A stretch of 63,364 bases of DNA, the filler included, from Octopus bimaculoides (lineage: Eukaryota): the NCBI RefSeq assembly GCF_001194135.2. It is 6 parts of 6 records of this genome, joined end to end, with 100 filler letters (N's around TTAATTAATTAA, not from the genome) between each part and the next. Parts side by side here need not be neighbours in the genome. Positions count along the whole stretch, not along the records: positions 36,166 to 54,313 come from NC_068990.1; 5 more parts are not named here. One strand, written 5' to 3'. How positions within the stretch are numbered: the stretch's first letter is position 1; each line of letters starts with the position of its first letter. This document shows positions 38,065-52,659 of the stretch, piece after piece. Position numbers and translations under genes: made by a program. A model generated the notes under the pieces. The model did not search any database. It worked only from the letters and a program-made list of their open reading frames with translations, and had not been told where the DNA came from.

Positions 38065-39019
38065 NNNNNNNNNNNNNNNNNNNNNNNNNNNNNNNNNNNN
38101 NNNNNNNNNNNNNNNNNNNNNNNNNNNNNNNNNNNNNNNNNNNNNNNNNNNNNNNNNNNNNNNNNNNNNNNNNNNNNNNNNNNNNNNNNNNNNNNNNNNN
38201 NNNNNNNNNNNNNNNNNNNNNNNNNNNNNNNNNNNNNNNNNNNNNNNNNNNNNNNNNNNNNNNNNNNNNNNNNNNNNNNNNNNNNNNNNNNNNNNNNNNN
38301 NNNNNNNNNNNNNNNNNNNNNNNNNNNNNNNNNNNNNNNNNNNNNNNNNNNNNNNNNNNNNNNNNNNNNNNNNNNNNNNNNNNNNNNNNNNNNNNNNNNN
38401 NNNNNNNNNNNNNNNNNNNNNNNNNNNNNNNNNNNNNNNNNNNNNNNNNNNNNNNNNNNNNNNNNNNNNNNNNNNNNNNNNNNNNNNNNNNNNNNNNNNN
38501 NNNNNNNNNNNNNNNNNNNNNNNNNNNNNNNNNNNNNNNNNNNNNNNNNNNNNNNNNNNNNNNNNNNNNNNNNNNNNNNNNNNNNNNNNNNNNNNNNNNN
38601 NNNNNNNNNNNNNNNNNNNNNNNNNNNNNNNNNNNNNNNNNNNNNNNNNNNNNNNNNNNNNNNNNNNNNNNNNNNNNNNNNNNNNNNNNNNNNNNNNNNN
38701 NNNNNNNNNNNNNNNNNNNNNNNNNNNNNNNNNNNNNNNNNNNNNNNNNNNNNNNNNNNNNNNNNNNNNNNNNNNNNNNNNNNNNNNNNNNNNNNNNNNN
38801 NNNNNNNNNNNNNNNNNNNNNNNNNNNNNNNNNNNNNNNNNNNNNNNNNNNNNNNNNNNNNNNNNNNNNNNNNNNNNNATATATATATATATATATATAT
38901 AATGGTTGAATAAGTTAAAACTAATTTTATAATAAATTTGAGTTTATTTTCGATATTGAGTTTCCCCATCTGTGAGTTCCCGATGCTTTCCTTAAACTTG
39001 CTTTAATATAACGGTTTTA

Positions 39020-39225
39020 AATTTTCTTAGAAGGCCAGCAATTTTAGGTGGGGGGGAAATAAATCGCATCACCTCCCTGTACGCAACTGCTACTTTATTT
39101 TATCGTTCCTGAAAGGACGAAAAGCTAAGTCGACCTCGGTGGAATCTGAAGTCAGAAAGTAAAAAGCCAGAAGATATGCCGCTAATCATTTTGTCGGATG
39201 TGCTAAAGGTTCTGCCAGAGCACCT
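39020..39225 (-). mobile_element. SINE family 1 copy
   Basis: Reverse-complement match to the family head and body. Confidence 0.75.
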
Positions 39226-40719
39226 TAAAATAATAGCCTTAAATTAACATTTAAATGAAAAATATAATTATAATTTGTTTGGTTTTCTCACACTTTTTAG
39301 AAATACAACTTTCTTATTTTCGCTGTCTCGCGGCCCAATTACGCGAATGAATGCTGGTGTCTGCGCTTCAGTCTCTCACTGAGTGTGTGCGCATGCGTGT
39401 ATATCTCTATGCTTTTCTTTGTAAAAGAATGTCCCTATAAGCATGCTTGTATTTGTTTGCGTCTACGTCCTTCTAAGCTGTTCTTTATGTAAAGCCGTTT
39501 CTTTATTTGTATTGCAGCTTCATTACGCTGTTTGAACAAGTCAAAGGTGGCCGACTACATATTTAAAGTACTGATGACTAGTTTTTAAAAAATGCTCTTA
39601 ACGTGATTTACTTCTTGTAGTTCAGCTACTGAGCAAGCAGTGTATTTCAGCTTTAATAATACATCTTCAGCTATAAACTTAACAGTTGTTATTGCTTCAG
39701 CTACAGTATACCAACTGCTTTATATATATNNNNNNNNNNNNNNNNNNNNNNNNNNNNNNNNNNNNNNNNNNNNNNNNNNNNNNNNNNNNNNNNNNNNNNN
39801 NNNNNNNNNNNNNNNNNNNNNNNNNNNNNNNNNNNNNNNNNNNNNNNNNNNNNNNNNNNNNNNNNNNNNNNNNNNNNNNNNNNNNNNNNNNNNNNNNNNN
39901 NNNNNNNNNNNNNNNNNNNNNNNNNNNNNNNNNNNNNNNNNNNNNNNNNNNNNNNNNNNNNNNNNNNNNNNNNNNNNNNNNNNNNNNNNNNNNNNNNNNN
40001 NNNNNNNNNNNNNNNNNNNNNNNNNNNNNNNNNNNNNNNNNNNNNNNNNNNNNNNNNNNNNNNNNNNNNNNNNNNNNNNNNNNNNNNNNNNNNNNNNNNN
40101 NNNNNNNNNNNNNNNNNNNNNNNNNNNNNNNNNNNNNNNNNNNNNNNNNNNNNNNNNNNNNNNNNNNNNNNNNNNNNNNNNNNNNNNNNNNNNNNNNNNN
40201 NNNNNNNNNNNNNNNNNNNNNNNNNNNNNNNNNNNNNNNNNNNNNNNNNNNNNNNNNNNNNNNNNNNNNNNNNNNNNNNNNNNNNNNNNNNNNNNNNNNN
40301 NNNNNNNNNNNNNNNNNNNNNNNNNNNNNNNNNNNNNNNNNNNNNNNNNNNNNNNNNNNNNNNNNNNNNNNNNNNNCGGCGGCGGTGGTGGTGAATAGTT
40401 TGATGGGTTAAGTCTACTACCCAGGCACTCAGGGCACAAAGAGCTATACATCTGGCCTGAAGCTCTAATGATCCACTAGTTCACGCCATTGTTCTGCATT
40501 GGTACTTTATTTTATCGACCTCGACCGGAACAAATGCCACGGGACATATTGACCGATGCTCTGCTGACCAGTTGCTCGCCATGTTGTCACAGGATGTCCT
40601 ACCGTGATCAGTCTTCTACTCTGAAATACTAATTACTCATACATAAGCATACAAACTCTAAGCTATTTCTTTCCATAATATAATGATTCCAAGTTTGTAT
40701 TATTAAATATGAAATTGAG

Positions 40720-41165
40720 GTGGTGAACAGGCAGAATCGTTACCAAGCCGGAGAAAATGCTTAGCACCATTTTGACCGTCTTCACGATCTGAGTACAAAT
40801 TCCGCCGTGGTCGACTTTACCTTTCACCCTTTCGGGATCGATAAAATTAAGTACCAGTTGAGCACTGGAATCGATGTAATTGATTATCCTCTTCTAAAAT
40901 TTCAGGCCTTCTGCCTATAATAGAAAGGATTATCAAATTGAAATAAGGCGGTTACCTGACAGAATCTTTAGCACACCGGATAAAATGCTTTGCGACATAT
41001 CTTCCGGTTCTTTACATTTCGAGTTCATTTTGCCGCGGAAGTCGACTTTGCTTTCACCCTTTCGAGATCGATAAGATAAAGTGCTAATGAGCACTGAGAT
41101 CAATAGAATTGATTATCATTCTCGCTTCAAATGTACTGGCCTTGTCCCAAAATTTAAAACTAATG
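40720..41165 (+). mobile_element. Two head-to-tail SINE family 1 copies
   Basis: Units at about 40720-40935 and 40945-41165. Confidence 0.8.
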
Positions 41166-41180
41166 TTGAATCTGAAAATA

Positions 41181-41408
41181 TTGGGTTGTCCGGAAAGTTC
41201 GTGCCGATTTATAGTAGCTTACCTTTCGACTTATTTGCCATGAAACCACCTCAATTCTGGGAAGAGGATATTTTCAAGTTAAAGGAAAGATGGAGACGCA
41301 TTGTGCAACAAAATGGCTCATATTTGGTTGATTAAAAATGTAATGGCAAGTATTTATTGACCTTTTTCTTTCCTTTAAAAATCGGCACGAACCTTCCGGA
41401 CAAGCCAA
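41181..41408 (+). mobile_element. Internally deleted mariner (MITE-like)
   Basis: TA-flanked, near-perfect TIRs TTGGGTTGTCCGGAAAGTTCGTGCCGATTT / AAATCGGCACGAACCTTCCGGACAAGCCAA. Retains the C-terminal KPPQFWEEDIFKLKERWRRIVQQNGSYLVD. Confidence 0.9.
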
Positions 41409-41737
41409 TACTTTACAACCAGATTATTTAATGGTGCTCTAAGAACATTGTTCTAGAGAACACCCACCATCATTGGTGGATATACAAATGCTCACCAACA
41501 TAAATCGCTCAAACATAGGAAATTGGGGACACCACGAGACACCTTATAATGCCTCTCCTGACCATGTTTTATATTTATGGTTTTTTTTTCTTTTATTGCT
41601 GGGTTTACATTTACTTGTGTATTAGGTTGTCAGATAAATTCATTCGTTTGTTCACTGCCATAAAGAGTTCTGAGCTCAAATCCCAGCCAGTTAAGATCAG
41701 AAGCCATGAGAGCTACTGCTGGATATTGCATCATGGC

Positions 41738-41801
<64 letters not shown>

Positions 41802-41879
41802 GGTGGTGGTATTGATGTTGTTGTTATTATTATTATTATTATTATGATGATTATTATCATCATTATTATTCAGTGTCCC

Positions 41880-42090
41880 CTAAGGTGGCGAGTTAGCAAA
41901 ATCTTTAGCACGCCGGGCGAAATGCTTAGCAGCATTTCGTCTGTCTTTATGTTCTGAGTTCAAATTCCGCGGAAGTCGACTTTGCCTTCAGGGTCGATAG
42001 AATAAGTACCTGTTGAGTACTGGGGTCGATGTAATCTGCTTATCTCCCTCCACCAAATTCCAGGCTTTGTGCCTATAGTAGAAAAGGATT
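41880..42090 (+). mobile_element. SINE family 1 copy
   Basis: Full head AAGGTGGCGAGTTAGCAAAA and body. Confidence 0.85.
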
Positions 42091-42231
42091 ATCCAGTATC
42101 CCCATTGTGATTTCATAGCAAGATCCATACCTGGGCTCAAATTGCATTCATGCATCCATCGCAAATAGATGCTGGTTCTTTTGTCCTTTTCTTCTTTAAA
42201 ACTTGTTATATTATTATTATTATTATTATTA

Positions 42232-42280
<49 letters not shown>

Positions 42281-42754
42281 CCTTTCCGTTGTGTTTGGTT
42301 TGAAGAACTTACTGTAAATAATTGCATCCCTTTGCCATCAACTACGATGATGTCAAACTGGTTTCTCATAAGCAAAGGACAATGAACATCTAAAGATAGA
42401 AATTTGTAATCTGACAAAGTGAATGTCACACGCGCACGCACGCACACACACACACACAGGTTCCACGCACACACGCACACACTTGTCTGTGAATTTGTTC
42501 TTGTGCGTGTGATCTGCACACACACATACACGTGATGCTTGAGCCCTGTCCTCTTTTAGCCTCTGATAGGATGTTCGAGCCTGGAGATCAATAATTCAGT
42601 GAATGAACCACCACACTTCCATTCATTCAGCTGAATCTCTCGTTATTTATTGAAATCTTTAACAAATTTATTTCTTTTTCAGCATTTATTTCTCAAATAT
42701 TAGATTCGTTTTTGAAAGTCTCCGCAAACCGTATATTTCTGCAGCCATTATTCA

Positions 42755-42970
42755 CGAAACACTGACAGATTCCTTGGCACACCAGACAAACGCTTAGCGG
42801 CATTTCATCCGTCTCTACGTTCTGAGTTCGAATTCCACTGAGGTCAACTTTGCCTTTCATTCCTTCGGAGTCGATAAAATGAGTGCCTGTAGAGCAATGG
42901 GGTCGATGTAATCGACTAACCCCGCGTGACACCAAAATTTCAGGCATTGAGCCTATAGTAGAAAGAATTA
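42755..42970 (+). mobile_element. SINE family 1 copy
   Basis: GTTCTGAGTTCGAATTCC B-box and family body. Confidence 0.8.
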
Positions 42971-43066
42971 TTCACGGAGCACCAATAATGCGCCCTCGAC
43001 AAGGAACTATTGGTTTATCAAAAACTATGTGTTTATCAAAAGTAATTGCCCAATTACATTTCTCTT

Positions 43067-43117
<51 letters not shown>

Positions 43118-43316
43118 CGCTTTCGTCTTCTCTAAATAGAAAATTAGACNNNNNNNNNNTCTCTCTTTCTTCGCTTTCGTCTTCTCTAAATAGAAAATTA
43201 GACAGACAGATATAAATAGACAGACAGACAGTTACATACATACACATACATACATACATACATACATACACAGAGATAAACAAACAGAAAAAAAGTAGAA
43301 TCATAGCTAGGTTGGT

Positions 43317-43373
<57 letters not shown>

Positions 43374-44374
43374 GGCAGGCAGGCATTCAGACAAGCATAT
43401 AGACAGACAGAAAATCGGACAGAAAATCGGACAGACAGATGGACGGACGGACGGACGGACGGATAGATATTTATAGACATACTTATACACATACCTTATT
43501 CGACCGTTTGTGACACTGCATTCAAAAGTTTTATAAACGAATTCAATATTTATTTGCCAGGTACTTATTTTCTCCATCTCTAATTGTCGAACCGCTTCAG
43601 CTATAAAAACCACTATTATAACACATTTCAAACACGCACGCATATGCAACACGACGAGGTTTTTACAGTTTCCGGCAGGAGCTTATCATCACAGAACAAT
43701 GGCTAAAGCGGAAGCTATATAGCAAGGATACGCCAAGGTGCCGCGCAGTAGGAATGTGTTTGCATGTGTGCGTGTGTATGTGCATGTGTGTGTATGTGCA
43801 TGTGTGTGTATGCGTGTGCGTGCATGTTTAAAGAGCCATTAATATGAAGTCAGGTAATAAAAGTCAAATAGAAAAAGTAAATAAAAACTGAATGTGTTAC
43901 TGTTGTATAAAAATGAACAATGCCTACTTGTACAGAGTACGTTGTAAAACCTATCTGATTCACCGCTCTTGGTTAACGCAAAGTGTGCACCAGTTTCAAC
44001 CGTGATGGAAAGTGCAGAATGAAACGGTAAAATATTAGCTACCTGCAGACATCATTATCACCTGGCTAACTCCACTAGCAGCAGAGTGAAGTAGAAAGAA
44101 CATATGGGAGGTTTTTCTGCCGCACCCTATTTAAGAGACCGAAAACTGTGCCTTTGAAAGTTTTCTTCATGGATGTAGTTAGAGAAAAAAAAAAGAGAGG
44201 AGGAGAAAGAGAAAGAGACTTGCTTTTCATATTAACACACAATTAGGTCGGTTAAATAGCCCTACCTTCCTTTCAAAATAGTAACTGCTGCGAATGTGAA
44301 ATCTAACTCGGAATTTATTCATGCAGGCACACTAACATATATCATGTGTGTGAGTGTGCACGTATACATGTAAT

Positions 44375-44425
<51 letters not shown>

Positions 44426-45229
44426 TTAAATATGTGTATACTTATATATNNNNNNNNNNNNNNNNNNNNNNNNNNNNNNNNNNNNNNNNNNNNNNNNNNN
44501 NNNNNNNNNNNNNNNNNNNNNNNNNNNNNNNNNNNNNNNNNNNNNNNNNNNNNNNNNNNNNNNNNNNNNNNNNNNNNNNNNNNNNNNNNNNNNNNNNNNN
44601 NNNNNNNNNNNNNNNNNNNNNNNNNNNNNNNNNNNNNNNNNNNNNNNNNNNNNNNNNNNNNNNNNNNNNNNNNNNNNNNNNNNNNNNNNNNNNNNNNNNN
44701 NNNNNNNNNNNNNNNNNNNNNNNNNNNNNNNNNNNNNNNNNNNNNNNNNNNNNNNNNNNNNNNNNNNNNNNNNNNNNNNNNNNNNNNNNNNNNNNNNNNN
44801 NNNNNNNNNNNNNNNNNNNNNNNNNNNNNNNNNNNNNNNNNNNNNNNNNNNNNNNNNNNNNNNNNNNNNNNNNNNNNNNNNNNNNNNNNNNNNNNNNNNN
44901 NNNNNNNNNNNNNNNNNNNNNNNNNNNATATATATATATATATACGCACACATACATTCACACTGACAAGTACACACATACACACACACACACACACATA
45001 CATTCATTCACGCATACGTAGTCGCATATACACATGCATGCCTTCACACAAGTATACATAAACATACATATGCACAGACATGGACGCATACATATACACA
45101 TACACACGCACTTACAGGCACATACATATATGCAGTCATTCATTTATTCACATACGCAAGCACACACATACATATACGCACACACCAGTCAGCCAGTGAA
45201 TAAGGACTCAAATATTCACCAGTGACACG

Positions 45230-45922
45230 TTAACTCCATGTTTGCGAAGCATTTTTCTACCAATTGGACCCTTTGATTCCTAATTTTACTTATATTTTTT
45301 TTTTAAATCCCATTATGTTTTCAGAATGAAACATTAATAGGAATTGTATTTGTAAAAGGTATGATAGTTGTTATAAAGACTTTAGTCTCTCTCTATTACC
45401 TTTTAACAGCATTTTTAATGAAGAGACATCAGAACAATTAACAACATAATGAAAAGGTTTTATTTATGATGATGCTTGGTTTCTCAATTCCTGTCATTCA
45501 GCTTAGCCGCCGCTGATTAAATTGTAGTTGGTAAATGGAAGGTTAAGGGCTTCCTTGATGCCTGTCAGAGAAGCAAGTAGCTATCACATCGATAGCATCA
45601 TGGTGAAAAGTGCTTTGTTGAGGAGCGAGGTGTTGTCATGTAGAAGGTCTGAGCTCAACTCGCTGAGAAAATGAAAGTAACTGCTTAAGTACGAGTTTTA
45701 CTACGCATGCGCAACTCGAAGGGCTTCCGGTGGTGAAGTCTCTTGCGCATGCGCAGAATAGTACTTCCTCAATGCGGCTATAATTTCGCGCCACTACATA
45801 TTTTTAAAAAAATATCATTTTGTGTACTGTAGGAGCAGGACCAATTTATTGCAGATAAATTTTAACAACAAAATCTTATATGGGCCCCTAAGGGTCATAT
45901 GAATCCCAATTGAGAACCACTG
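45230..45922. mobile_element. Possible hAT-derived element containing a mariner-like fragment
   Basis: Right end TTGAGAACCACTG (reverse complement CAGTGGTTCTCAA, a hAT-type terminus); left end is degenerate. The internal minus strand reads LLHDNTSLLNK, like the mariner HDNA motif. Confidence 0.35.
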
Positions 45923-47904
45923 CGTTAACTACTCACTTTAATTCGTAATCACAATTCTAATGAGAAATCGAATCAGGTCAATGTGAAGCGTCAGAAAAGT
46001 CAAAGGTCCATTACTACTAAGAAACTAATGTTACGTGGTAGAGGTGAAGCTTACTAATAGCTACCCCTCTAGTGTAAAAAGCTGTAGTAATGTAATGTGG
46101 TAAATGTATTCTTTACTAATAGCTACCCCTTGTGGTTTGATATATTTTATTGTTATCAACGGTAATAATCACATTTTGTTGATATTGTGAGTTACTTTAC
46201 TACGGTTTCTGTGGGTCTGTTTATTTTCTGTTTCCTTCTGACCGGTGAGTTGTAGTTAGTCCCAAATACACGTTAACCTTTTCGCGTGAGTGAAGGTCGG
46301 TGGCTTTAATTGTTAGAGGTATTGGACCCCGTCAAATAGTGGCCTCGATTCCTCAAAAAGGCGCCGCGTTGTTTCTTCAAGCAAAAGTCTACATTCTTTT
46401 TCTTTTCTTCTCTTTTTTACTTCAACGATGAACTAGTATACCGTCCTCATTAGGGAGGAATAAGTAGTATTGTATTGTTGCCGGGCATTGAGATCGTACC
46501 TGGAGCCTTGTGCTTGCAAAGCGCATTTCTTAACCATACAGCCACACTGCGCCTTCAACGGTTTATGTACAAAGGAAACTGCAAAAAGACTCAAGGTGTT
46601 ACGATAATAGTTGCCTGTTACCGGTTTTATTGGCCGAGTATAGTGTCCTAAAAAACAAGGGTAAGTCCCAGCTTAATGACACTTGTGGTTTCGTGACAAA
46701 CCTAGTTACCTGTTAAACGTTCATGTATAAAGCCCCAAGAAACACGACAGCCAGCTATATCGCAATTTTAAGCACCATTCAACATCTTATTAATTTCTTA
46801 TTAATCTAAACTTATATAACACCCATTCTTTTATAACTTCTTCATCCTGATATACCGTTTAATTTCTTCTCATTTAATCATATTTTAATGATAGGACGAA
46901 AATAAAACATTATGCATTAACGGGTTAACACCTGAGAAGAAGATAAAAAATCTCTAAAACTTCGAAATTTTCATGAAATAACAATGAATTAGAATCTGGT
47001 ATTGTAAGGTGGAGTGGCGGGGTTCATAGTGAAGTAGGTTCCAAATGTGTGGCTTGCAGCCGCTTTCAACGAACACGCGTAACCAATGCATGGCGAATTC
47101 AATTAACATTTTATCTTATTTTTCTATAATAGGTAAAGGAGAGCCGATGTGTCTTGGTTTCGTCTCCAACTAACAGAGTTGATATCCATGTANNNNNNNN
47201 NNNNNNNNNNNNNNNNNNNNNNNNNNNNNNNNNNNNNNNNNNNNNNNNNNNNNNNNNNNNNNNNNNNNNNNNNNNNNNNNNNNNNNNNNNNNNNNNNNNN
47301 NNNNNNNNNNNNNNNNNNNNNNNNNNNNNNNNNNNNNNNNNNNNNNNNNNNNNNNNNNNNNNNNNNNNNNNNNNNNNNNNNNNNNNNNNNNNNNNNNNNN
47401 NNNNNNNNNNNNNNNNNNNNNNNNNNNNNNNNNNNNNNNNNNNNNNNNNNNNNNNNNNNNNNNNNNNNNNNNNNNNNNNNNNNNNNNNNNNNNNNNNNNN
47501 NNNNNNNNNNNNNNNNNNNNNNNNNNNNNNNNNNNNNNNNNNNNNNNNNNNNNNNNNNNNNNNNNNNNNNNNNNNNNNNNNNNNNNNNNNNNNNNNNNNN
47601 NNNNNNNNNNNNNNNNNNNNNNNNNNNNNNNNNNNNNNNNNNNNNNNNNNNNNNNNNNNNNNNNNNNNNNNNNNNNNNNNNNNNNNNNNNNNNNNNNNNN
47701 NNNNNNNNNNNNNNNNNNNNNNNNNNNNNNNNNNNNNNNNNNNNNNNNNNNNNNNNNNNNNNNNNNNNNNNNNNNNNNNNNNNNNNNNNNNNNNNNNNNN
47801 NNNNCCCCAGACACCGACTGAAATAAGCACAAATTATATATTTTAATTACATAACACATCAGGGAAAATGGTAGATTCATTTACCTACATATCTATTTAC
47901 CCCC

Positions 47905-47937
<33 letters not shown>

Positions 47938-48019
47938 CCTCTCTCTCCCTCTCTCTCTCTCTCTCTCCCTCTCTCTTATCCTTCACCCCTTCTCTCCATC
48001 TGTATCTCTGTCTGTTCAT

Positions 48020-48056
<37 letters not shown>

Positions 48057-48697
48057 AATGTTTTTTTTTTGTTTAGTTACATTAAGCTACTTTATACTTT
48101 TGTAGAGTACAAATGTATTCTTGAACAAGAATATTGTTGACAGCGACTTCGAAGTCCGACGATTGCTTAATTGACTGGAACTTCGAAGTCCTTATCAACA
48201 ATATTCTTGTTTGAGAATAAACATATATGTGTGTATTTGTGTGTCAGTATGTGTGTGGGGGTGCATGTTTGCATGCGTGTGTATGTATGTTTGTATGTAT
48301 GTATATGTGTATTTGTATGTATGTATGTATGTATGTATGTTGTAGAGATGGATGGACGGTGTATGCATGTATGAATATACCTATCTCACTCTCTCTTTCA
48401 CTTTTTTCTATCGACTTATTTCTTGTGTTGTGTGTCTGTGTGCATTATGCAAACGTATATATACATAGACACGCACACACACGCACACACACACACACAC
48501 ACACATATCACTCTCTTCCACTCTCTCTCACTTTTTTCACTCTCCCTCACTCTCTTTCACCCTCTCTCATTTTCTTTCACTCTCAGTCTGTCACTCACCT
48601 CGTAGACATGCACACACACACACATAAACAAATTGATAGACAAACAGGCAAGCAGGCAAACAGACAGACAGGTGAACAGACAGACAGACAGACAGAC

Positions 48698-48758
<61 letters not shown>

Positions 48759-50851
48759 TCCCTGATCCCTGTGAGTTGTTTGCCCGAGGTTGTCTGCGTG
48801 CTGCCACCTATGTAATACCACTAACTACAGATATTCAAGTCAGGTAATCACTCCGAACAGTTTTTTTATTGCTATTCTTTTTTGAATTCTGAATTGAGAT
48901 AGAAAAAAACGTTGGAATGTTAAAATAAGTATTAGTTTTGATGCTTNNNNNNNNNNNNNNNNNNNNNNNNNNNNNNNNNNNNNNNNNNNNNNNNNNNNNN
49001 NNNNNNNNNNNNNNNNNNNNNNNNNNNNNNNNNNNNNNNNNNNNNNNNNNNNNNNNNNNNNNNNNNNNNNNNNNNNNNNNNNNNNNNNNNNNNNNNNNNN
49101 NNNNNNNNNNNNNNNNNNNNNNNNNNNNNNNNNNNNNNNNNNNNNNNNNNNNNNNNNNNNNNNNNNNNNNNNNNNNNNNNNNNNNNNNNNNNNNNNNNNN
49201 NNNNNNNNNNNNNNNNNNNNNNNNNNNNNNNNNNNNNNNNNNNNNNNNNNNNNNNNNNNNNNNNNNNNNNNNNNNNNNNNNNNNNNNNNTTTTTGGTGGT
49301 GGTGGTGGTGGTGGTGGTGGCACGAAGTAATATTAGGCAGAATATCCGTGATGTGACAGGACTATATCTCCGAATTACATATATTACATGAATATATATA
49401 AATGTGTGTGCGTGTGCGTGTGGGTGTGCATGTACGTATGTGTGTGTGTGCGTGAGTGAGTGTGTGTGTGTGAGGGTATGAGTATGTGTGTCTGTGTGTG
49501 TTTGTGTGTGCATACATGTGCGTGCGCGTGCATGTGTAAAATTTCAATTTTAAAAAGTCTTAACCTGTGCGCGCGCGCGTGTGTGTGAAATTTCAATTCA
49601 AAAAGTCTTAACCGTTTACTGTGTATTGCTAATTACTATTAATTTATGGGGCTGCTTGCTCTAAATGTCTACGACAATAAAACTAGCCACCTGGTCAGTG
49701 TGTGTCTTATATTCGTAATGTATTTCTTTTGACTCTTCAAACAAGGAATTTTGTGATTTTTTTGTTTGGACAAACATAGGCAAGTGCAGACAGTTTGTCT
49801 GGAATGGTTCAAGAAATTTGTCAAGTTAAAGTATCTGTGAACTGCTTCGTATATTTACTCATGATTTCGAACAGAGCTAGGCCAGTTTAGTTGAAATAGT
49901 TGTAGAGGACTGCTAACGTGCTGGAATTTTGATTTCATTACAGGTTACGTGTTGTGTGATCCCCAGTTACTTGAAAAGATGTTTTTGAATATAATAACTA
50001 AAGTCGCTCGATGCAGCATTGTACAGATTAATCCTGCATTATCTGTACAATGCAGCATTAATCTGTACAATGAATCAAAATATTTTCCCACGTCCATGTT
50101 AAATATGATTTCACATGATTATATTTCATTCAATGCTGCTTCGTGCAATCGTAGTTATTTTATTTCCTGCTTAACCAAGTTTCGCGCACATCGGTAAATG
50201 TATTATTTACTTTTATTATAAGTAAGAGCTATCGTTCTTATCAGGCTGTCAAATATGAATTCGGCATTCGTAGCTGACAATGTGCAATGACACAGAAATG
50301 CATGCGTTACAATCCGATGACGCCATTCATATGCTAATGCTTTTTTATATATTTTATCTGTGAAGAGAATTTTCTCCTACAACAATTTCAGCGGCGAAAA
50401 GTCTTCCCACATCTGAGTGTACACGGACATGTCAAATATGGTCGTACACCATTATATTTGTATATAGTTAGAAGTATTTACTAGTTAGGGTTAGAATTGA
50501 GTTTAAGCTTAGAATTAAGGTTTCAACATCGTGTACATTTTCTAAACTTCACAACTCTATTGAATAAACTGAAATTTCACTGCTTTTGAATGGTCACAAA
50601 ACTATGAGCAATCCATTTTTATCCTTCACTCCTACGACTCTGCCAACTTACCGCTCAACATAAAATATATGTTCTACCTGGTGAAGGATTTAGTTATAAC
50701 AGTCTTTTACAGGTCAGGAATGACATGTTTCTGGTTAGAAGAGTGTTACTTTGGTGACATGTACCATTATTCATTCGGAAAGTTAACATTTTATGAGATG
50801 AGATAGGATCTTTTTATCTTTGGTTTTTATCGAATTAACTTTGTGACTTCC

Positions 50852-50932
<81 letters not shown>

Positions 50933-51939
50933 ATTATTATTGTTGTTGTTGTTATTATTACAGGAACCTTCGGACTATATGAACTACGTTTAAGAAGATA
51001 CCGAAGACTTTTGGGGATGATGCAAAACAAAAATAGAAAGTATTTAAAACAATAGCAGGGAATTTACCATTTTATGGGATGGGTGCTGTTCGTCAGTCGG
51101 AGCGACGAGGACTATCTAATCGTCCTTATGGATGAGAGATGATTGTGCAGTTACTTTGTTTAAAGTAGAGTTGCACACTGTCAACCTCAGTTTCTCGTCT
51201 ATGACTATCTTTAATCGAATGGCAAGCCCAGGTCAAGGTGACTGGGGTGGTGATGGATGCGGTGGATAACCAAGATATCTTACTTGACTCATCTTGCTCT
51301 CTGCATTTCACAATGCGTTGCTACAGCTGCATTCTCCTTCGTTGAATCATGAAAGTTTCTTCCGTAGAGCTCGCCGGATCCTGTCTTCACATAATTAGGT
51401 AGACAAGCCCCAATATGCTAGTTAACCCATAGCCGGGACCCTGAGAGGTGCTACTAGTCTGGGTCAGAGTAGGCCTGGAAACAATAGTGACTGGGAGGCA
51501 GTTTCACAATCCTCAAAACTCTGAAATTCCCCAACCAGAGCCCCACTACCGAATGCAGTTTAAAGGCATACCCAGGACACAGTGGGATGAGTATACCGTT
51601 CACGTGGTCATCACTTTATCTTATCAATAATAATAATAAGAACAGCGTCAAATATTAGAAAAATGGTCACAAAAAAGGCTTGATGTTTGGTTACTATTTA
51701 ATATAATGCATATAGAGAAAGTTACTAAGTGCAAGTGGTACCATCCTATATGGCATAATTAAAATTAAAATAAAAACATAGCTGCCACTCACAAATCAGT
51801 GTGACTTGGTAGAATGTACCATGTTTTTTCTAATAATTTTAAGTGGCTATGTAGTCGTGATCAAACATAGATACTCTCACGGCCCTCCAGCTCTTGACTC
51901 AGTAGGAGCATCTACGATGTAGGAAGAAAGAGTTACACC

Positions 51940-52090
51940 AGCAGTTGGGTGGTGCAATGTAGCTGAACGCACTGGTGTAACATAAAATGAAGTGCTTTGC
52001 TTGAGGACACAACGTTCCACCTGGTACAGGAATTGAACCCACGACCTTATGATCGTGAATCAAATCTTCTAACCATTAAACCACACCACC
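51940..52090 (-). mobile_element. SINE family 3 copy
   Basis: Plus-strand AGCTGAACGCACTGG..TAAAATGAAGTGCTTTGCTTGAGGACAC matches the 34880-35035 copy. Confidence 0.7.
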
Positions 52091-52659
52091 AAAGATAAGA
52101 GTACTTACTGGTCACAAAAATGCTCGGGGTTTGGCTAGTATTAAGCGGGACTCACATAGCGAAGGTGGCAACGGAGTGCAAGTCAAACCCATCCTATGGA
52201 GTATAAATAGTAATAATTTCGAACATACGTTCAAGTCTTTCAGAAATTTAAGGAAACGAGAGGGTAGAGTCAATTTAATCTATCGCAGTAAATTACAGGG
52301 ATTTGAAGTTGTATGATTGGATGAAAGACAAATACAGGACAGTGAAGGATAGAGTTCTGATGAACATAGGTGTGTTCAACGAGGACTGACCTAGAGTAAA
52401 ATAACATCAACAACAACAATAACGGCAACAACAACAATAAAAGTGTTGCAATTTAGACATCGTTGGAACTCTGTATACTCAATAATTGTAATTCCGTAAA
52501 CGTTGCTAGTTGTGAGGTTGCCATAGCTACGACAAGATCATGACGTCGACATGAAGGCAGAGATAACGACAGCAACAACAACAACTGCTGCCCTCTTTAA
52601 CTTGCGCGAAAATATGTCAAGTTGGTGATCTAAGGTCCCTGATAATGTTCGTGAGTGTA

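Noticed and set aside
45700-45790. NRF1-like TGCGCATGCGCA plus CTTCCGG, suggesting a promoter
   Set aside because: It lies inside apparent DNA-transposon remains, and no adjacent first exon was found.
46026-46130. 18-bp direct repeat TTACTAATAGCTACCCCT
   Set aside because: Flanking similarity shows an ordinary ~62-bp imperfect tandem duplication; only two units, so not CRISPR-like.
46570-47190. Possible + strand exon pair (AAGG|gtaagt and aatag|GT)
   Set aside because: The joined frame closes after a few codons, and no homology was recognisable.
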